From positions 1 through 43,548 of the forward strand of contig NW_021834653.1 of the NCBI RefSeq assembly GCF_006345805.1: a stretch of DNA of 43,548 nt, given 5' to 3'. Source of the DNA: Octopus sinensis (lineage: Eukaryota). Made by a program: the position numbers and the translations under genes. Positions 12,294 through 24,496 of the stretch are shown here, piece after piece. A model generated the notes under the pieces. It made no database searches. It saw only the letters and a list, made by a program, of their open reading frames with translations, and had not been told where the DNA came from. Position 1 is the stretch's first letter. Each line of letters starts with the position of its first letter.

Positions 12294-12664
12294 TGGAGGC
12301 GCAATGGCCCAGTGGTTAGGGCAGCGAACTTGCAGTCGGAGGATCGCGGTTTCGATTCCCAGACCGGGCGTTGTGTGTGTTTATCGAGCGAAAACACCTG
12401 ATGCTTCCACGAGGCTCCGACAGGGGGTGGTGGTGATCCCTGTTGTACTCTTTCGCTCCAACTTTCTCTCACGCTTTCTTCCTGTTATTTTTTGTCCCCG
12501 ACATCCTACGCAACCGCTGAGCCTGGATGCGCATCCATCCATCCGTCGATGCTCTCGGTGTCGGGGGTTGACCTGCTTTCTCTTCTGCGGGTCTTACGAA
12601 TAGCAAAGGACCACGTTTCGGACTTCTCCCATCTTTCGAGCTCTGGGACGAAGACCGCTCACTC
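12294..12664 (+). mobile_element. tRNA-derived SINE, core B with tail 2
   Basis: The first ~185 nt match the 1143/7931 copies. The 3' half (CATCCTACGCAACCGCTGAGCC..GACCGCTCACTC) is unrelated to tail 1 and is followed by an (AAC/AGC)n tail. Confidence 0.9.
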
Positions 12665-12919
12665 AACAGCAACATCAGCAACAGCAACAGCAACAACAGT
12701 ACATTTTACCAGCAAACGGAAGCATGTAAAGACTGCAGACAAAGCCCGTCTTTGTTTTTCTCTGTCGTGCTAAACTCAAAACGAAGTCTAACGTAATGTC
12801 TTACTCCTGTCAAACGCCACATCCTGATGACTTTCATCTTTTTTTCTTTCTCTTCCTGCTTTCGCAGATTCGCTCTTTATTAAGTTTCAGTAGAGGCGGA
12901 TCTCAATAGTTTAATACTC

Positions 12920-13222
12920 GTCACGACCGTCGTCATCGTCGTCGTGGTCATCATCATCATCATCGTCATCATCATCATCACCATTCCCAACATCATCAAC
13001 ATAATTTGGCTGTGATTCATCATCGTATCGTTCGCCATCGTCGTCGTCGCCATCGTCGTCGTCGCCCTCGTCGTCACCGTCGTCATTATCATCATCATCA
13101 TCATCATCACTACAATCATTATCATTGTTTTCATCGACATCACTTCCCCTTGCCATCATCATTGTGTCGTCGTCGTCGACGTCGTGCTCAGCATCATCAT
13201 CATCATCATCATACCATTATCA

Positions 13223-13261
<39 letters not shown>

Positions 13262-13412
13262 TATCATCATTATCATCATCATCATCATCATCATCATCAT
13301 CGTCGTCATCATCGTCATCATCATCATCATCATCATCGTCATCACCACCACCATCATCATCATCATTATCATCGTCATCATCATCATCATCATCATCATC
13401 ATTATCATCATT

Positions 13413-13467
<55 letters not shown>

Positions 13468-13690
13468 CTACAATCATTATCATTGTTTTCATCGCCATCA
13501 CTTCCCCTTGCCATCATCATTGTGTCGTCGTCGTCGACGTCGTGCTCAGCATCAGCATCACTGCCTTCCTTATCACCACCATTATCATCGTCACCATCGT
13601 CATCGTCTTTGTCATCGTCATCGTCCTCATCGTCATCATCTTCACCGTCATCATCGTAGACTGTCCGTCGATAGTCGACGACGATTGTCC
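12920..13690. repeat. (CAT/CGT)n compound microsatellite containing a duplicated ~100-bp complex block about 360 bp apart
   Basis: CACTACAATCATTATCATTGTTTTCATCG..CACTTCCCCTTGCCATCATCATTGTGTCG..GTGCTCAGCATC occurs at about 13107 and 13465. Confidence 0.93.
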
Positions 13691-13759
13691 GTAAGTCCAT
13701 TTACGAGTCGAAGTATGCAAAAATCGATTGCGCTCTTTCGAAGCTGTCTTCTGTTAATT

Positions 13760-14125
13760 TGTATTGTATGTGTGTGTGTATGTGTGTTTGTGTATGTATT
13801 TGTGTGTGTGCCTGTGCGTGTGTTTGTGTGTGCGTATTTGTGTGTTTGTATGTGTGTGTGTCTGTGTGTGTGTGTGTTTGTGTGTCTGTGTGAGTGTGTG
13901 TGTTTGTGTGTTTGTGTGTGTGTGTGTGTGAGTGTGTGCGTGAGTGTAAGAGTGTTTGTGTGTGTGTGTTTATATGCTTGTGTGCGTGTGTGTGTCTGTG
14001 CGTGTGTGAATGTGTGTGTGTTTGTGTATGAGTATGTTTGTGCATGAGTATGTTTGTGTGTGCGTGTTTGTGTGTGTATCTGTGTAAGTGTGCGAGTGTG
14101 TGTGTATCTGTGTGAGTGTGCGGGA
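13760..14125. repeat. (TG)n degenerate microsatellite
   Basis: Directly visible. Confidence 0.95.
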
Positions 14126-14439
14126 GTGTGACCCTGACAGGGAAAACTAAACCATCCCGGCCTACAATATTTGATGAACTCGATTTCATACCCATCTATT
14201 AAACTTACAAATGGAGCAGAAAGCCATTAAGGTTTTTTCAGACTCGCGTTGCTGACTCTCTTGGCAAACGTTGCATGTGGCTCCCTCCCCCCCCCCCCCA
14301 CGGCATCGAGTTAACCCTTTGGCTTTCTTCTGAGCTGAGGGAATTCGGATGCAAAAATTGCCTTGATAAGAGCGACGATTGCTCAAGATGGATTACAATA
14401 ATCCCGTATCCAACATTGTGAAAGAAGACATATTTAGCC

Positions 14440-14753
14440 GTCATCATCTTTATCCTCATCATCATCATCAGCAGCAGCAGCAGCAGGAGCATCATCACCA
14501 ACGTCATCGTCGTCGTCGTCGTCATAATTCCCAACATTCGTTATCATAATCATCGGTGTCGTTGGCCCTCGTCGTCGTTTACCTTCGTCGCCGTTCGCCT
14601 TCGTCGTCGCCGTCGTCGTCATCGTCGTCGTCGTCATCATCTTCATCATCATCATCATCATCATCATCTCATCATCATCATCATCATCATCATTGTCGTC
14701 GTCATCATCATCATCATTTTCATCATTTTCATCATAATCGTTATCATTCCCAA

Positions 14754-14787
<34 letters not shown>

Positions 14788-14930
14788 GTCGTCGTCGTCG
14801 TCGTTGCCGTCGTCGTCATCTTTCCCAACATCATCAACACTGACGTTATCATAATCATCGGCGTCGTTCACCCTCGTCGTTGCCCTGTCGTCATCATCAT
14901 CATCATAATCATCATCATCATCATCAAAAT
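14440..14930. repeat. (CAT/CGT)n compound microsatellite
   Basis: Shares TTCCCAACATCATC and CCCTCGTCGT motifs with the 12920-13690 tract. Confidence 0.93.
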
Positions 14931-15095
14931 GAAAGTTGGATGTCTTGAAAAGGCAACCGGATGCAGTTCCCGCAGTAGAATTTTGGTCAACAACACATTG
15001 ACATTTTACGGATATCAATAAAAAAGAGGAAATGGAATGAGTAAAAAATGAAGCGGCACCACTTTCCCATCTGATATGAATCACAGCCAAATTAT

Positions 15096-15152
15096 GATTA
15101 AACTTGATTGATACAAGATTAAACTTGATTGATACAAGATTAAACTTGATTG
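15096..15152. repeat. 21-bp tandem repeat (GATTAAACTTGATTGATACAA, about 2.7 copies)
   Basis: Exact head-to-tail copies. Confidence 0.95.
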
Positions 15153-15554
15153 TTTTGTTACCATTGCATTTTTATTGTTTATCATTTCATTGTATGTAAC
15201 CCCACCCCCACCCGCGCACCCCTCCACACACACACTATGTTTGTCTTTGCATTTTCATCGTCATCGTTCGCCCTGGTGGCAAATAAAAGAAATCATCGTC
15301 GTCATCATCATCATCAACAGCATCATCAATATCATCATCATAATCATCCTCAACATAAACATCATCATCATCACCACCACCACCATCGTTATCATCATCA
15401 TCATCATCATCACCATCACTTGGTTTGATTCAGGTTCGGTCTTATTCCTGGTAGGATTTTTGTGGGTTGCGTGTTACTACCTATAACCTCGGCTATCCAC
15501 ATATTTCCAGTTGTCTTTCAAGCGGTTAGAACCCTTGAATGACTACTGAAAACT

Positions 15555-15800
15555 TGTGACTCCGACTTCAGTCCCACCGCGTGGCACCCGTAGTAGAAGT
15601 ATGTCTTCTATTATAGTCTCGCCTTTCAGAGTGGATTTGGCAGACGGAAAATGAAAGAAGCCCATCGCCAGTATGCATATATATTATAAAATAGGTACCA
15701 GGCTTTATAATATAAGTACTGAGGTCAATTAATTCGACCGAAAATTCTTCAAGGCGGTGCTCCAGCATGGCCGCAGTCTAATGGCTGAAACGATAAAAGT
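15555..15800 (+). mobile_element. Family A SINE, degenerate and internally deleted
   Basis: TTCAGTCCCACCGCGTGGCACC..GTGGATTTGGCAGACGGAAA..GGCGGTGCTCCAGCATGGCCGCAG. Confidence 0.8.
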
Positions 15801-16162
15801 GGAAGCAGCTGTCGTATATCGGATTTTACTAAGAACAAAAAATCAAAGATGGCCAATTGAGAGATAAAAGCTGGTTGATAGCGGTCTTTTGAATTTAGTG
15901 GATTGCTGTCGATGCTACTGACTTTGCTGCTACTGCTGCTACTGCTGCTGCTGCTGCTACTGATGATGATGATGATTGATGCTGTTGCTTAATACTTGAG
16001 TCGACCCTGATCGAACAGATCAGCGATCAAAAAGTATTATGGCCGGAGTTTGCCTGCGCAATATAACGGAAGAGTTGTAAATTTTATAGTGTTGTCACTG
16101 CTTACACTAAGAAGACAGACAAATAAACAGATTGATGACTGGATGAATGGATATATATATAT

Positions 16163-16229
<67 letters not shown>

Positions 16230-16304
16230 TAGATAGATAGACATATATACACACACGCATATATATATATATATATATATATAATACACACACACATATA
16301 TACA

Positions 16305-16673
16305 TTTATTATATAAAATCCGTTTTGTCTGTCTGTGTGTGTGTCTTCTAGGATCTCGGGCATCCTCCATCCGATTGACGCTCAAATTTGATATGTAGAT
16401 ACCGATGGTATCAGGGTGTGTATAAGTCTTGAAAAAATTACAAAAATCGATTCCAGGTGAGAATGCGATCGATAAAGGGAATAAAATCGTTTTTCATTGT
16501 TATAGAAAAAAGTCTATCTTTATTTCTTTTTTTGCTGGTGTCTTAAATTTAGGTTAAATCAGTGTTTCTCAAAGGAAAGGCCTATGGCATGGTCGGACAA
16601 GTTGTTTTGAGAAAATTTGGTTTAAATGCTTGACAACTCAGCTCCGTCTAATGGACGGAGGGCGTTTTGCTGG
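16305..16673 (+). mobile_element. Non-autonomous Helitron (369 bp)
   Basis: Perfect hairpin CTCCGTC-TAATG-GACGGAG (16642-16660) lies 9 nt before the CTGG|T end (CTRR). The 5' end A|TTTATTATATAAAA has TT in place of the canonical TC. Confidence 0.75.
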
Positions 16674-16688
16674 TATATACATATAAAC

Positions 16689-16838
16689 GAGGGTGAGTCA
16701 AAAAGTAATGCCATTGTATTTAGGACACAGGAACATGCATCATACATGAAAAGGAATCTAGTCCTCTGTGGATCACATCCCTACTTCTCAGCATAGTCGC
16801 CTTTTCTCTCAATAGCAATGTTCCACCTTCGATTATAT
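16689..16838. mobile_element. Mariner terminal fragment
   Basis: ACGAGGGTGAGTCAAAAAGTAATGCC resembles mariner TIRs. No partner TIR found. Confidence 0.5.
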
Positions 16839-18065
16839 TGGAAATTTTTGTGAAATAAATTTTCCGAAGAAAAATATGATGTGTATCAGTAAATATGTGT
16901 GCTATCTCACCAATTTATATTTTCATAATAAATTCCGATATAATCGAAATACCCTCTGAAAGGTAATTGTAGAAATTTTCATTTCAAAATACTTATTCTT
17001 TTAAAAGTTATGAGGAAATAAATCCGACTCGTATGACTATTCTGAAACTCTTCTCCCCATTCCCCCCCAAAATATTGTTTTTACAACAAATTCAGATATA
17101 ATCGGAACTTACACCATCTGAAGTGCATTTGTAGAACATTTCATTAAAAGAATATTCGATTTTCATGGGAGTTATAAGGAAGCAAGTCGGTGGGACACAT
17201 TTGTGTACATACACAAATGCCCATTGCTTTAACATAAGTTATACTGAGATTACATGGCTATTAGATAGCTATATTGCTTCGTTTCTTTTTCATTTTCTGT
17301 GTAAGAATATTTAACCATATAACAGCATGTTATATATAAACAAAGAACATACTTCTATCGTCCGGTTTCTATCAAAAGGAAGATAGTAATGAGAATGAGA
17401 TGGGTTCAGGTTTTCACTACACATAAACGTTAATAGAATAAGAGTATTTGCGATGATATTGTGTTTAGTAACTGTATTACTGTATTAAAATGCGTCATGT
17501 GTGATGTGTGTTGTGTGTGTGTGTGTGTGTGTATATGTGTGCGTGTGTGTGTTTGTGTGAGGGACATGACTTTTGTATTTTTTGGAAGTAAACAATTTCC
17601 TGTATCAAAACCTATAAAGTTAGAAATACGTATTGCTTTTAATTTTTTTCCCGTTACCGAATGCTTGTAGTGGTTTCTGTCTTATAATAGCCAAGTTTTG
17701 AAACTTAGCATAGAGCAATTTCAATTCAGTAATCTTAAAAAATGTATAAATACACTTTTATTCCACATCTCTCTTGCATTTACAAGGGCCAAGGCAGCGA
17801 AAGTACTGAAGTGTGAATCTAGTGCCATCAAGTGATTATAGTTTTAAAAGCCCATAACTCCAAAACTAAACTAATTCAAATAGAAAGCCGAAACTTCAGA
17901 TATACTATTTCTGCATTGCATTAAGTCAGCACATCAAGTTATGAACCCCAACTAGAATTTTGCATGATTTGGGCCAAAAGTGCTGACCGATTTCTTAAGT
18001 TGGGGGTCGACAATTTTTTCAAATAAAGCAAAACAAATGTTAATTACCTGAGTTTTATAACATAA

Positions 18066-18579
18066 CTAGCAGTATCGCCCGGCGTTGCTCGGGTTTGTAA
18101 GGGAAATACTATATAAGCATTTTTAGAGAGTTACTTCCCTTATAGATGCCAATTCGGGCTTTCTTAGCCATTTCTGTTTTGGTGTCTTCAACCATGAAGT
18201 CGTTGTTCTAAAAAACGCTGGTCTCCTTGACAACGCATTACGACGTTGATTTCCTTAAACTCCCTTCCCCAGAGCTTCCACGAGGGAGGGAAGAAGGGGG
18301 AGAAGCAAACACAGGTGCAGGTGTTTGAGTGTGGACGCCAACTCCGCCGCCATCGACACACGAAAAATTATGCATTAAAATGGAATAAAAAATGATGTTA
18401 AATTATTTTAAAATCGTAGACTCATCGTAGACGCACGCTAATAGCCAGACGGGCTCGATATTAATCACGACTATAAGATACCCGAATTTGGTTAAACTGC
18501 ACCGCAAAATGTGGGAGGAGTTAGGAATCTAAATCGAAGGGGACAGACACTCACACAACTACAGTTTTATATATATAGA
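18066..18579 (-). mobile_element. Non-autonomous Helitron, full length (514 bp)
   Basis: On the minus strand: A|TCTATATATATAAAA start, CCCGAGCAACGCCGGG hairpin 8 nt before CTAG|T, inserted between A and T with no TSD. Confidence 0.9.
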
Positions 18580-18639
18580 TTAATCGAAGTCCAATATAGG
18601 GTTATTAGGTTATGAAAAGGTCATAGCTCTTGTATATGT

Positions 18640-18712
<73 letters not shown>

Positions 18713-18979
18713 ACATAGATTAAAATTTATTGGCAACTTTAGGCAGTAATTTTTCATTGCTTTATAAGCGCACGTTCTTTTGACATAATTGCATTTCATC
18801 TTATAGCTCTATTTTTTTTACACTTTCCATTACTGAATTCGAGCTTCATACACGTTGCATGTCTTGCTAGCGTTCTTTTCATGTGCATGCCATTTGTATA
18901 CTTACGCATATACACTATAAGAATGATAAATTGATATCAAACCAAAGTAAAACATACTATCTTAAAGATAGCGTGTTCG

Positions 18980-19016
18980 CACTAGTATATATATGTATAT
19001 ATGTGTATATAGATAG

Positions 19017-19063
<47 letters not shown>

Positions 19064-19070
19064 TATATAT

Positions 19071-19120
<50 letters not shown>

Positions 19121-19232
19121 AGAGAGAGAGAGATGTGGTTATATATATATATGTATATATATATATGTATATGATAATATATACATCTATATATATGTGT
19201 ATGTCTATATGTATATATATATATATATATAT

Positions 19233-19273
<41 letters not shown>

Positions 19274-19394
19274 TAATATATTTGTGTGTATATATATATG
19301 TGTACAAATATATCTTTACCCATATATATTTGTTGATATCTAAATATCTATATATATACATCTATATATATGTAAGTATATATATATATATATT

Positions 19395-19443
<49 letters not shown>

Positions 19444-19508
19444 GATAGATGATAGATAGATAGATAGATAGATAGAGATAGATAGAGAGAGAGAGAGATA
19501 GAGATATT

Positions 19509-19542
<34 letters not shown>

Positions 19543-19583
19543 AATATGAATATATATACTCTATATATGTGTATGTCTATATG

Positions 19584-19616
<33 letters not shown>

Positions 19617-19622
19617 AATATA

Positions 19623-19654
<32 letters not shown>

Positions 19655-19747
19655 TGTGTGTATATATATATGTGTACAAATATATTTATACCCATATATA
19701 TTTGTTGATATCTAAATATATATATATATACATCTATATATATGTAA

Positions 19748-19792
<45 letters not shown>

Positions 19793-19830
19793 TATATATA
19801 TTGAGAGAGGAAGAGAGAGAGAGAGAGAGA
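18980..19830. repeat. (TA)n/(TAGA)n tract with a ~370-bp tandem duplication
   Basis: Anchor GTGTACAAATATAT..ACCCATATATATTTGTTGATATCTAAATAT occurs at about 19300 and 19672. Confidence 0.9.
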
Positions 19831-20429
19831 AAATGAGGCGGTAACTTAACTGCCTTAGTAAAAAACAAAGGTAATAAGATATAGACAAGAATACAATGAA
19901 ATGGAACGAAAAAGATATATAACGTAATAATAGTGATTTGTCTAATATAGTAAAGTATAAAATAGAATAGTTAAGTGAATCTAGAGAATTCGCTAACAAT
20001 ATATCAGATTCTAACAAAAGGGTTGGATTTACAAATACGAAACCTGTAAACCGGAACGAAATTTGATTAATGTGAGCAAGTATGCAATACGATACATTGC
20101 CATACAATGCAATCCACCGCTGCACAAAAGACTCGACACAATGAAAATATACAAAAGGTGAAGTAAAGACAAATTCGATAATAAAATGCGACATTTTCAT
20201 TCTCTATCTTATAAGACAAATCTATTTAATTCTTTGTTTGTTAAATACAAAGAATTGGTGACGTAGTAATGACGACATGTAAACACGTGACACGCTTTGA
20301 GTACCTGGAAAGTTGCGAATTTAATATTAACTGCACTAAACTGTCTCAATGCGTCGTAACGTTATATGTGTCCAGGTGCTTCATACGACAATATCTGGAA
20401 ACACAATATGTATATATATATATATATAT

Positions 20430-20744
20430 GTCACGTGACCACGTGATCACGTGACCGACCAGTCCATCAGATGTAGTTACACATCGCTGGTCACAATGCG
20501 TTCGCATTGTTTTAGCCTTCGAATGACGCCACCCCGCTGGCTAAGCGAGCAGGCCAACAGAAGAAAGAGTGGGAGAAAGAGTGGCGAAAGAGTACAGCAG
20601 GGATCACCACCCCCTGCCGGAGCCTCGGGAAGCTTTTTAGGTGTTTTCGCCCAATAAACACTCACAACGCCCGGTCTGGGAATCGAAACCGCGATCCTAC
20701 GACCGCGAGTCCGCTGCCCTAACCACTGGGCCATTACGCCTCCA
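20430..20744 (-). mobile_element. tRNA-derived SINE, core B with tail 3
   Basis: Head and core match the 1143/7931/12294 copies. The third tail is unrelated and ends in CACGTGA repeats. Confidence 0.92.
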
Positions 20745-20815
20745 CCTATATATGTATATATAGAAATATTAAAATTACTAAGTCTCTCTAAAGGAGATTA
20801 CAGTAGCGTTACTGG

Positions 20816-21118
20816 ATATTAATAGTTATCGCCATACTAATATGGCAGTCTTATAAATATAAGACTAAAGCTGTCGCTGATTAGCTCCAAGAGGCCATCG
20901 CCTCTAGCTAGCTATATGACACACGAACCTGCGTCCATTACAACCTTCGAACAGGGGAGGTCAGCCGCTTCACCTTGCTAGTCAGACATCTGCAGACATG
21001 TTTCAGGTTCGTGTGTCATATAGCTAGCTAGAGGCGATGGCCTCTTGGAGCTAATCAGCGACAGCTTAGTCTTATATTTATAAGACTGCCATATTAGTAT
21101 GGCGATAACTATTAATAT
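20816..21118. repeat. Near-perfect inverted repeat (116/115-bp arms, 72-bp spacer), probable miniature Penelope-like derivative
   Basis: Arms 20816-20931 and 21004-21118 are reverse complements apart from one 1-nt indel. The PLE assignment is inferred. Confidence 0.95.
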
Positions 21119-21119
21119 G

Positions 21120-21158
<39 letters not shown>

Positions 21159-21334
21159 TATATATATATCTTATATATATATATATATATAATACTGTAT
21201 ATATACTTTAGTTATCTTTAGTTTTTAAAATAAACTGTAATTCTAATACCCTATTTATATTTAGAGACAAATATTGTTTACCTTTCTGATAAAACATTGC
21301 ACACGGCTGTCTATATTAAATTAATATACATACA

Positions 21335-21368
<34 letters not shown>

Positions 21369-21372
<4 letters not shown>

Positions 21373-23055
21373 TCGACCAAAGATTGTCCAGGCCATATCT
21401 AACCTAATAGCACCATTTGATAGGATTAGCTAAACTCTTTAAAAGTCAAGTTTTGTGTTATCATGTTCCATTCGAGTAGGGAGTTCTTTTTGAGTGAGCT
21501 GTATCCATGTATAGGTGGCTCATCCGGTATTCCTTGAAGAAATTTTCCCAGATTCAGTTTAAAGGTAATGGGATCCTTTTCCGCTTTGATCTGTTTCGGG
21601 TTAAAAAGGGCAGGAGCTGTTGAGGAAAAAAAATTGTGTTCCAGTGTGTGAATATGTTGTGATCCTGAATTAGGTAGGGGACGTATGGCCCGTGGTCCTA
21701 GCCTTGGATGAATTTTGAAGTTAATGTTCAGGACGTTTGGGCAATGCTGGTGGTATAATCTCCACACCGTGCAAATGATGTATCGCTCACAGAGGCGCTA
21801 GAGAGAATAGAGTTTCAACGCTTTAAGACGGTTCCAATAATTGAGATCAATCATGCTCGTAATTCTTGTAGTAAATGGCACCTGGGGTGATTCGATTTTC
21901 GAGATGTTTTGTTTTGTGTGGGGAAACCACAGGGGGCAGCAGTATTCACGGTGTGGCCGTACAAAGGAGAAGAGAGGAAATATGACAACCTTGTTCTCTA
22001 GACCGGAAGGTTCTTAGGATCAAGGAGCTCATCCTACGAGCTATATCGACCTTATTGTTGATGTGGGCACTCCAGCTAAGTTTGTTATAAAAAATTACAC
22101 CTTGATCTCTAATGTTATTAGATACTATGAACGGTTCCCCTGAAGGAAGAGAGTATGGCTGTTTTAGTATAGTCTTTCTTCCAAAATCCTGCTGTTCAGA
22201 ATTTCCCTCGTTTAGTTGGATTTTGTTTTTGTCTGCCCATTGATTCACAGTATGTGGATCCGACTGCAGCTCGGTTCGGTCTTCTTCTTCATTGATACTT
22301 TTCGGTAGCTTAGAGTCATCAGCAAATATTTTCATTTTGCTGCGTTTTATGACACTTGAGATGTCGTTTATATAAGCAATAAAGAGCAGCAGGCCCAAGA
22401 CAGGCACCTAAAGGACACCATTGGTGACTTTTGCTGGGCTTCAGTGGACTCTACCGATCACAACATGTTGTGCTCTGTTCTCAGGAAATACTCAATCCAG
22501 TGTAGAAGTTTTCCACGGATTCCAACATTTGATAATGTTAACAGTAGAATATTATAGTCATCTCTGTCGAATGTTTTACTGAAGTCAAGATATATGACAT
22601 CAGAGTTCGAACTTGATCCCAAGGCTTTAAGGATATCGTCGATGTGATTCAAGAGCTGTGTTAGACAGTCACTGCCACAGCGAAAGGCATGCTGATTTGC
22701 ATTTAGGAGTTTGTGGGTCTCCAGAAAGTCAGTTATCCTTGATCTCATCACCCTTTCAAACGCTTTAATGATATGGGAGGTGAGTGAGATTGAACGAGAA
22801 TTGACTGCGCGGGATCTGTTTCCCTGTTTTTAAAACCGGAATGAGAGACTGGGGTAAGAGGTGTTTCGGTATATAACCGGTATCAAAAGAATTTCACCAG
22901 AGTTGGCCAGAGGGACTGCAAGTTGGTGTCTACATTCCTTCAGGAGACTTGCAGGGAATCTATCAGAGCCTACATCAGAATAGTATTTGATCTTATTTAT
23001 TGCTGATATGATGTCTGAAGCAGTAAAGGTCATGTCTGAGATATATACTGGGAGC
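21369..23055 (-). mobile_element. CR1-group LINE, 5'-truncated, degenerate RT ORF plus 3' end
   Basis: Motifs NQHAFR, DVIYLDFSKTFDR, LLFIAYIND, IFADDSK and EYCCPLW, with frameshifts and stops. Confidence 0.93.
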
Positions 23056-23103
23056 ATATAATATATAGATATATATAATATATATATGTGGTGTGTGTGG
23101 TGT

Positions 23104-23145
<42 letters not shown>

Positions 23146-23166
23146 AATATATATATATATATACAC

Positions 23167-23208
<42 letters not shown>

Positions 23209-23399
23209 ATATATATATATATATATATATTATTATAATATTATATATTGTCCAATTACTTGTAGTGCTATTTTGGGCTTCCGTACATCCGTATCGTCCC
23301 TATTTTTCTGTATGTATTTTTTCCTAATTATGTCTATATATATATATTTTTTTTTATCTCCAAGTGAATTATTAAAGGGATTATCTCTGCTTTCATTCC

Positions 23400-23680
23400 T
23401 GGCGTTCTGCTTATCTCTAATTCGAAATAAATTTATCTTTTGCTTTTCTCTAGAAATTACTTTTCCATCTGATGTAGCTGATACATCAATCAGGAGACAT
23501 TTCTTTCATCACGTACAGCTTGATAACAATAACCGATCGACTAATCTGGACTCCCGTATCTGTAAATATTTGCATAATCCAGAATATACGCCACCTATCG
23601 TCACGCAAAGCATTCTCTGATGTAGCTATATCAACTCTTTGGTATCGATATTTTCTCTTCATATTTATTTAACTGTATAT
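23400..23680 (-). mobile_element. R4/Dong-like LINE fragment (restriction-like endonuclease region), heavily decayed
   Basis: IFWIMQIFTDTGVQISRSVIVIK-(frameshift)-KKCLLIDVSATSDGKV resembles the ILWD..TD...NRPDIVI...C.LIDV motif. Confidence 0.65.
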
Positions 23681-23689
23681 ATATATGTA

Positions 23690-23742
<53 letters not shown>

Positions 23743-24029
23743 TAGACGACACCTCTAATTGACACACCTTGACACATTATAACTAGCATAATATCTAGCC
23801 TGAAGAAACATGGATTATATGGAAAAATGCTAGCAAGAGAATAATATTCTTAAGATTATAAATCTGAAAAAGTACAGGAGAAGTTATTACATCAGGTAAA
23901 ATACAAAACGAGAAAACTTTTACTTAAAACGTTGCAGCTAATGATAAAATTTGAATATTAAAAATTATTTGATTGTAATTTACAAAGTAACATTATAATT
24001 AAAAATGGTACCATCAGTTTTTCAAAATA

Positions 24030-24496
24030 TTGACACACCAGAGGGTGTAAGAGTTGAGTGGGATTCCATGTGGGATTGGTGTCAAACGAAGAAAGGAGGT
24101 GTAGTTGGTGTCAGGGGAAGAGAGATGTAAGTTGAGCCTATGTGGAGCAAAGGAACGAGGAACGAAGAGAGAACATTAAATTCTGTTCACGGCGAAGGCG
24201 GGAGTCCGGATGGCCCCTGTGCTGAGACAGTCTGAACACAGTCAGATGTTGTAACAGTAGAGCGGAAAAGGCGTGAGAGCGGGGTGTCATTGCCAAGTCT
24301 TATGTCCTATAGTGCTCCACGAACCGCTCAGTCAAGCGGCTTCCCGTTTGACCAATGTACAGGGAAGGACAGAGAAAACAAGAAATGCAGTAAATGACAT
24401 TACTAGTATTGCGGGTTAATAAGTCGGTGACGTGATAGGGACGGTGATGGGTGCCTGCGAGTATAGTGGTGTTGGAGAGGTAGGGACAGGTGTGAC
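24030..24496 (-). mobile_element. Penelope-like element 3' fragment (GIY-YIG endonuclease), degenerate
   Basis: NTSNVIYCISCFLCPSLYIGQTGSRLTERFVEH: VIY..CxxC..YIG motif. Confidence 0.9.

Noticed and set aside
12868-12915. Strong acceptor-like site TTCCTGCTTTCGCAG|
   Set aside because: All three frames stop within 14 codons and there is no donor. It could only be a short terminal exon, and nothing supports that.
15096-15152. 21-bp direct repeats as a CRISPR-like array
   Set aside because: Head-to-tail copies with no spacers, eukaryotic context and no cas genes.
16840-18060. AT-rich block with two similar AATTC(C/A)GATATAATCG motifs, suggestive of DNA-transposon subterminal repeats
   Set aside because: I could not find TIRs, a TSD or a coding remnant, so no element boundaries can be supported.
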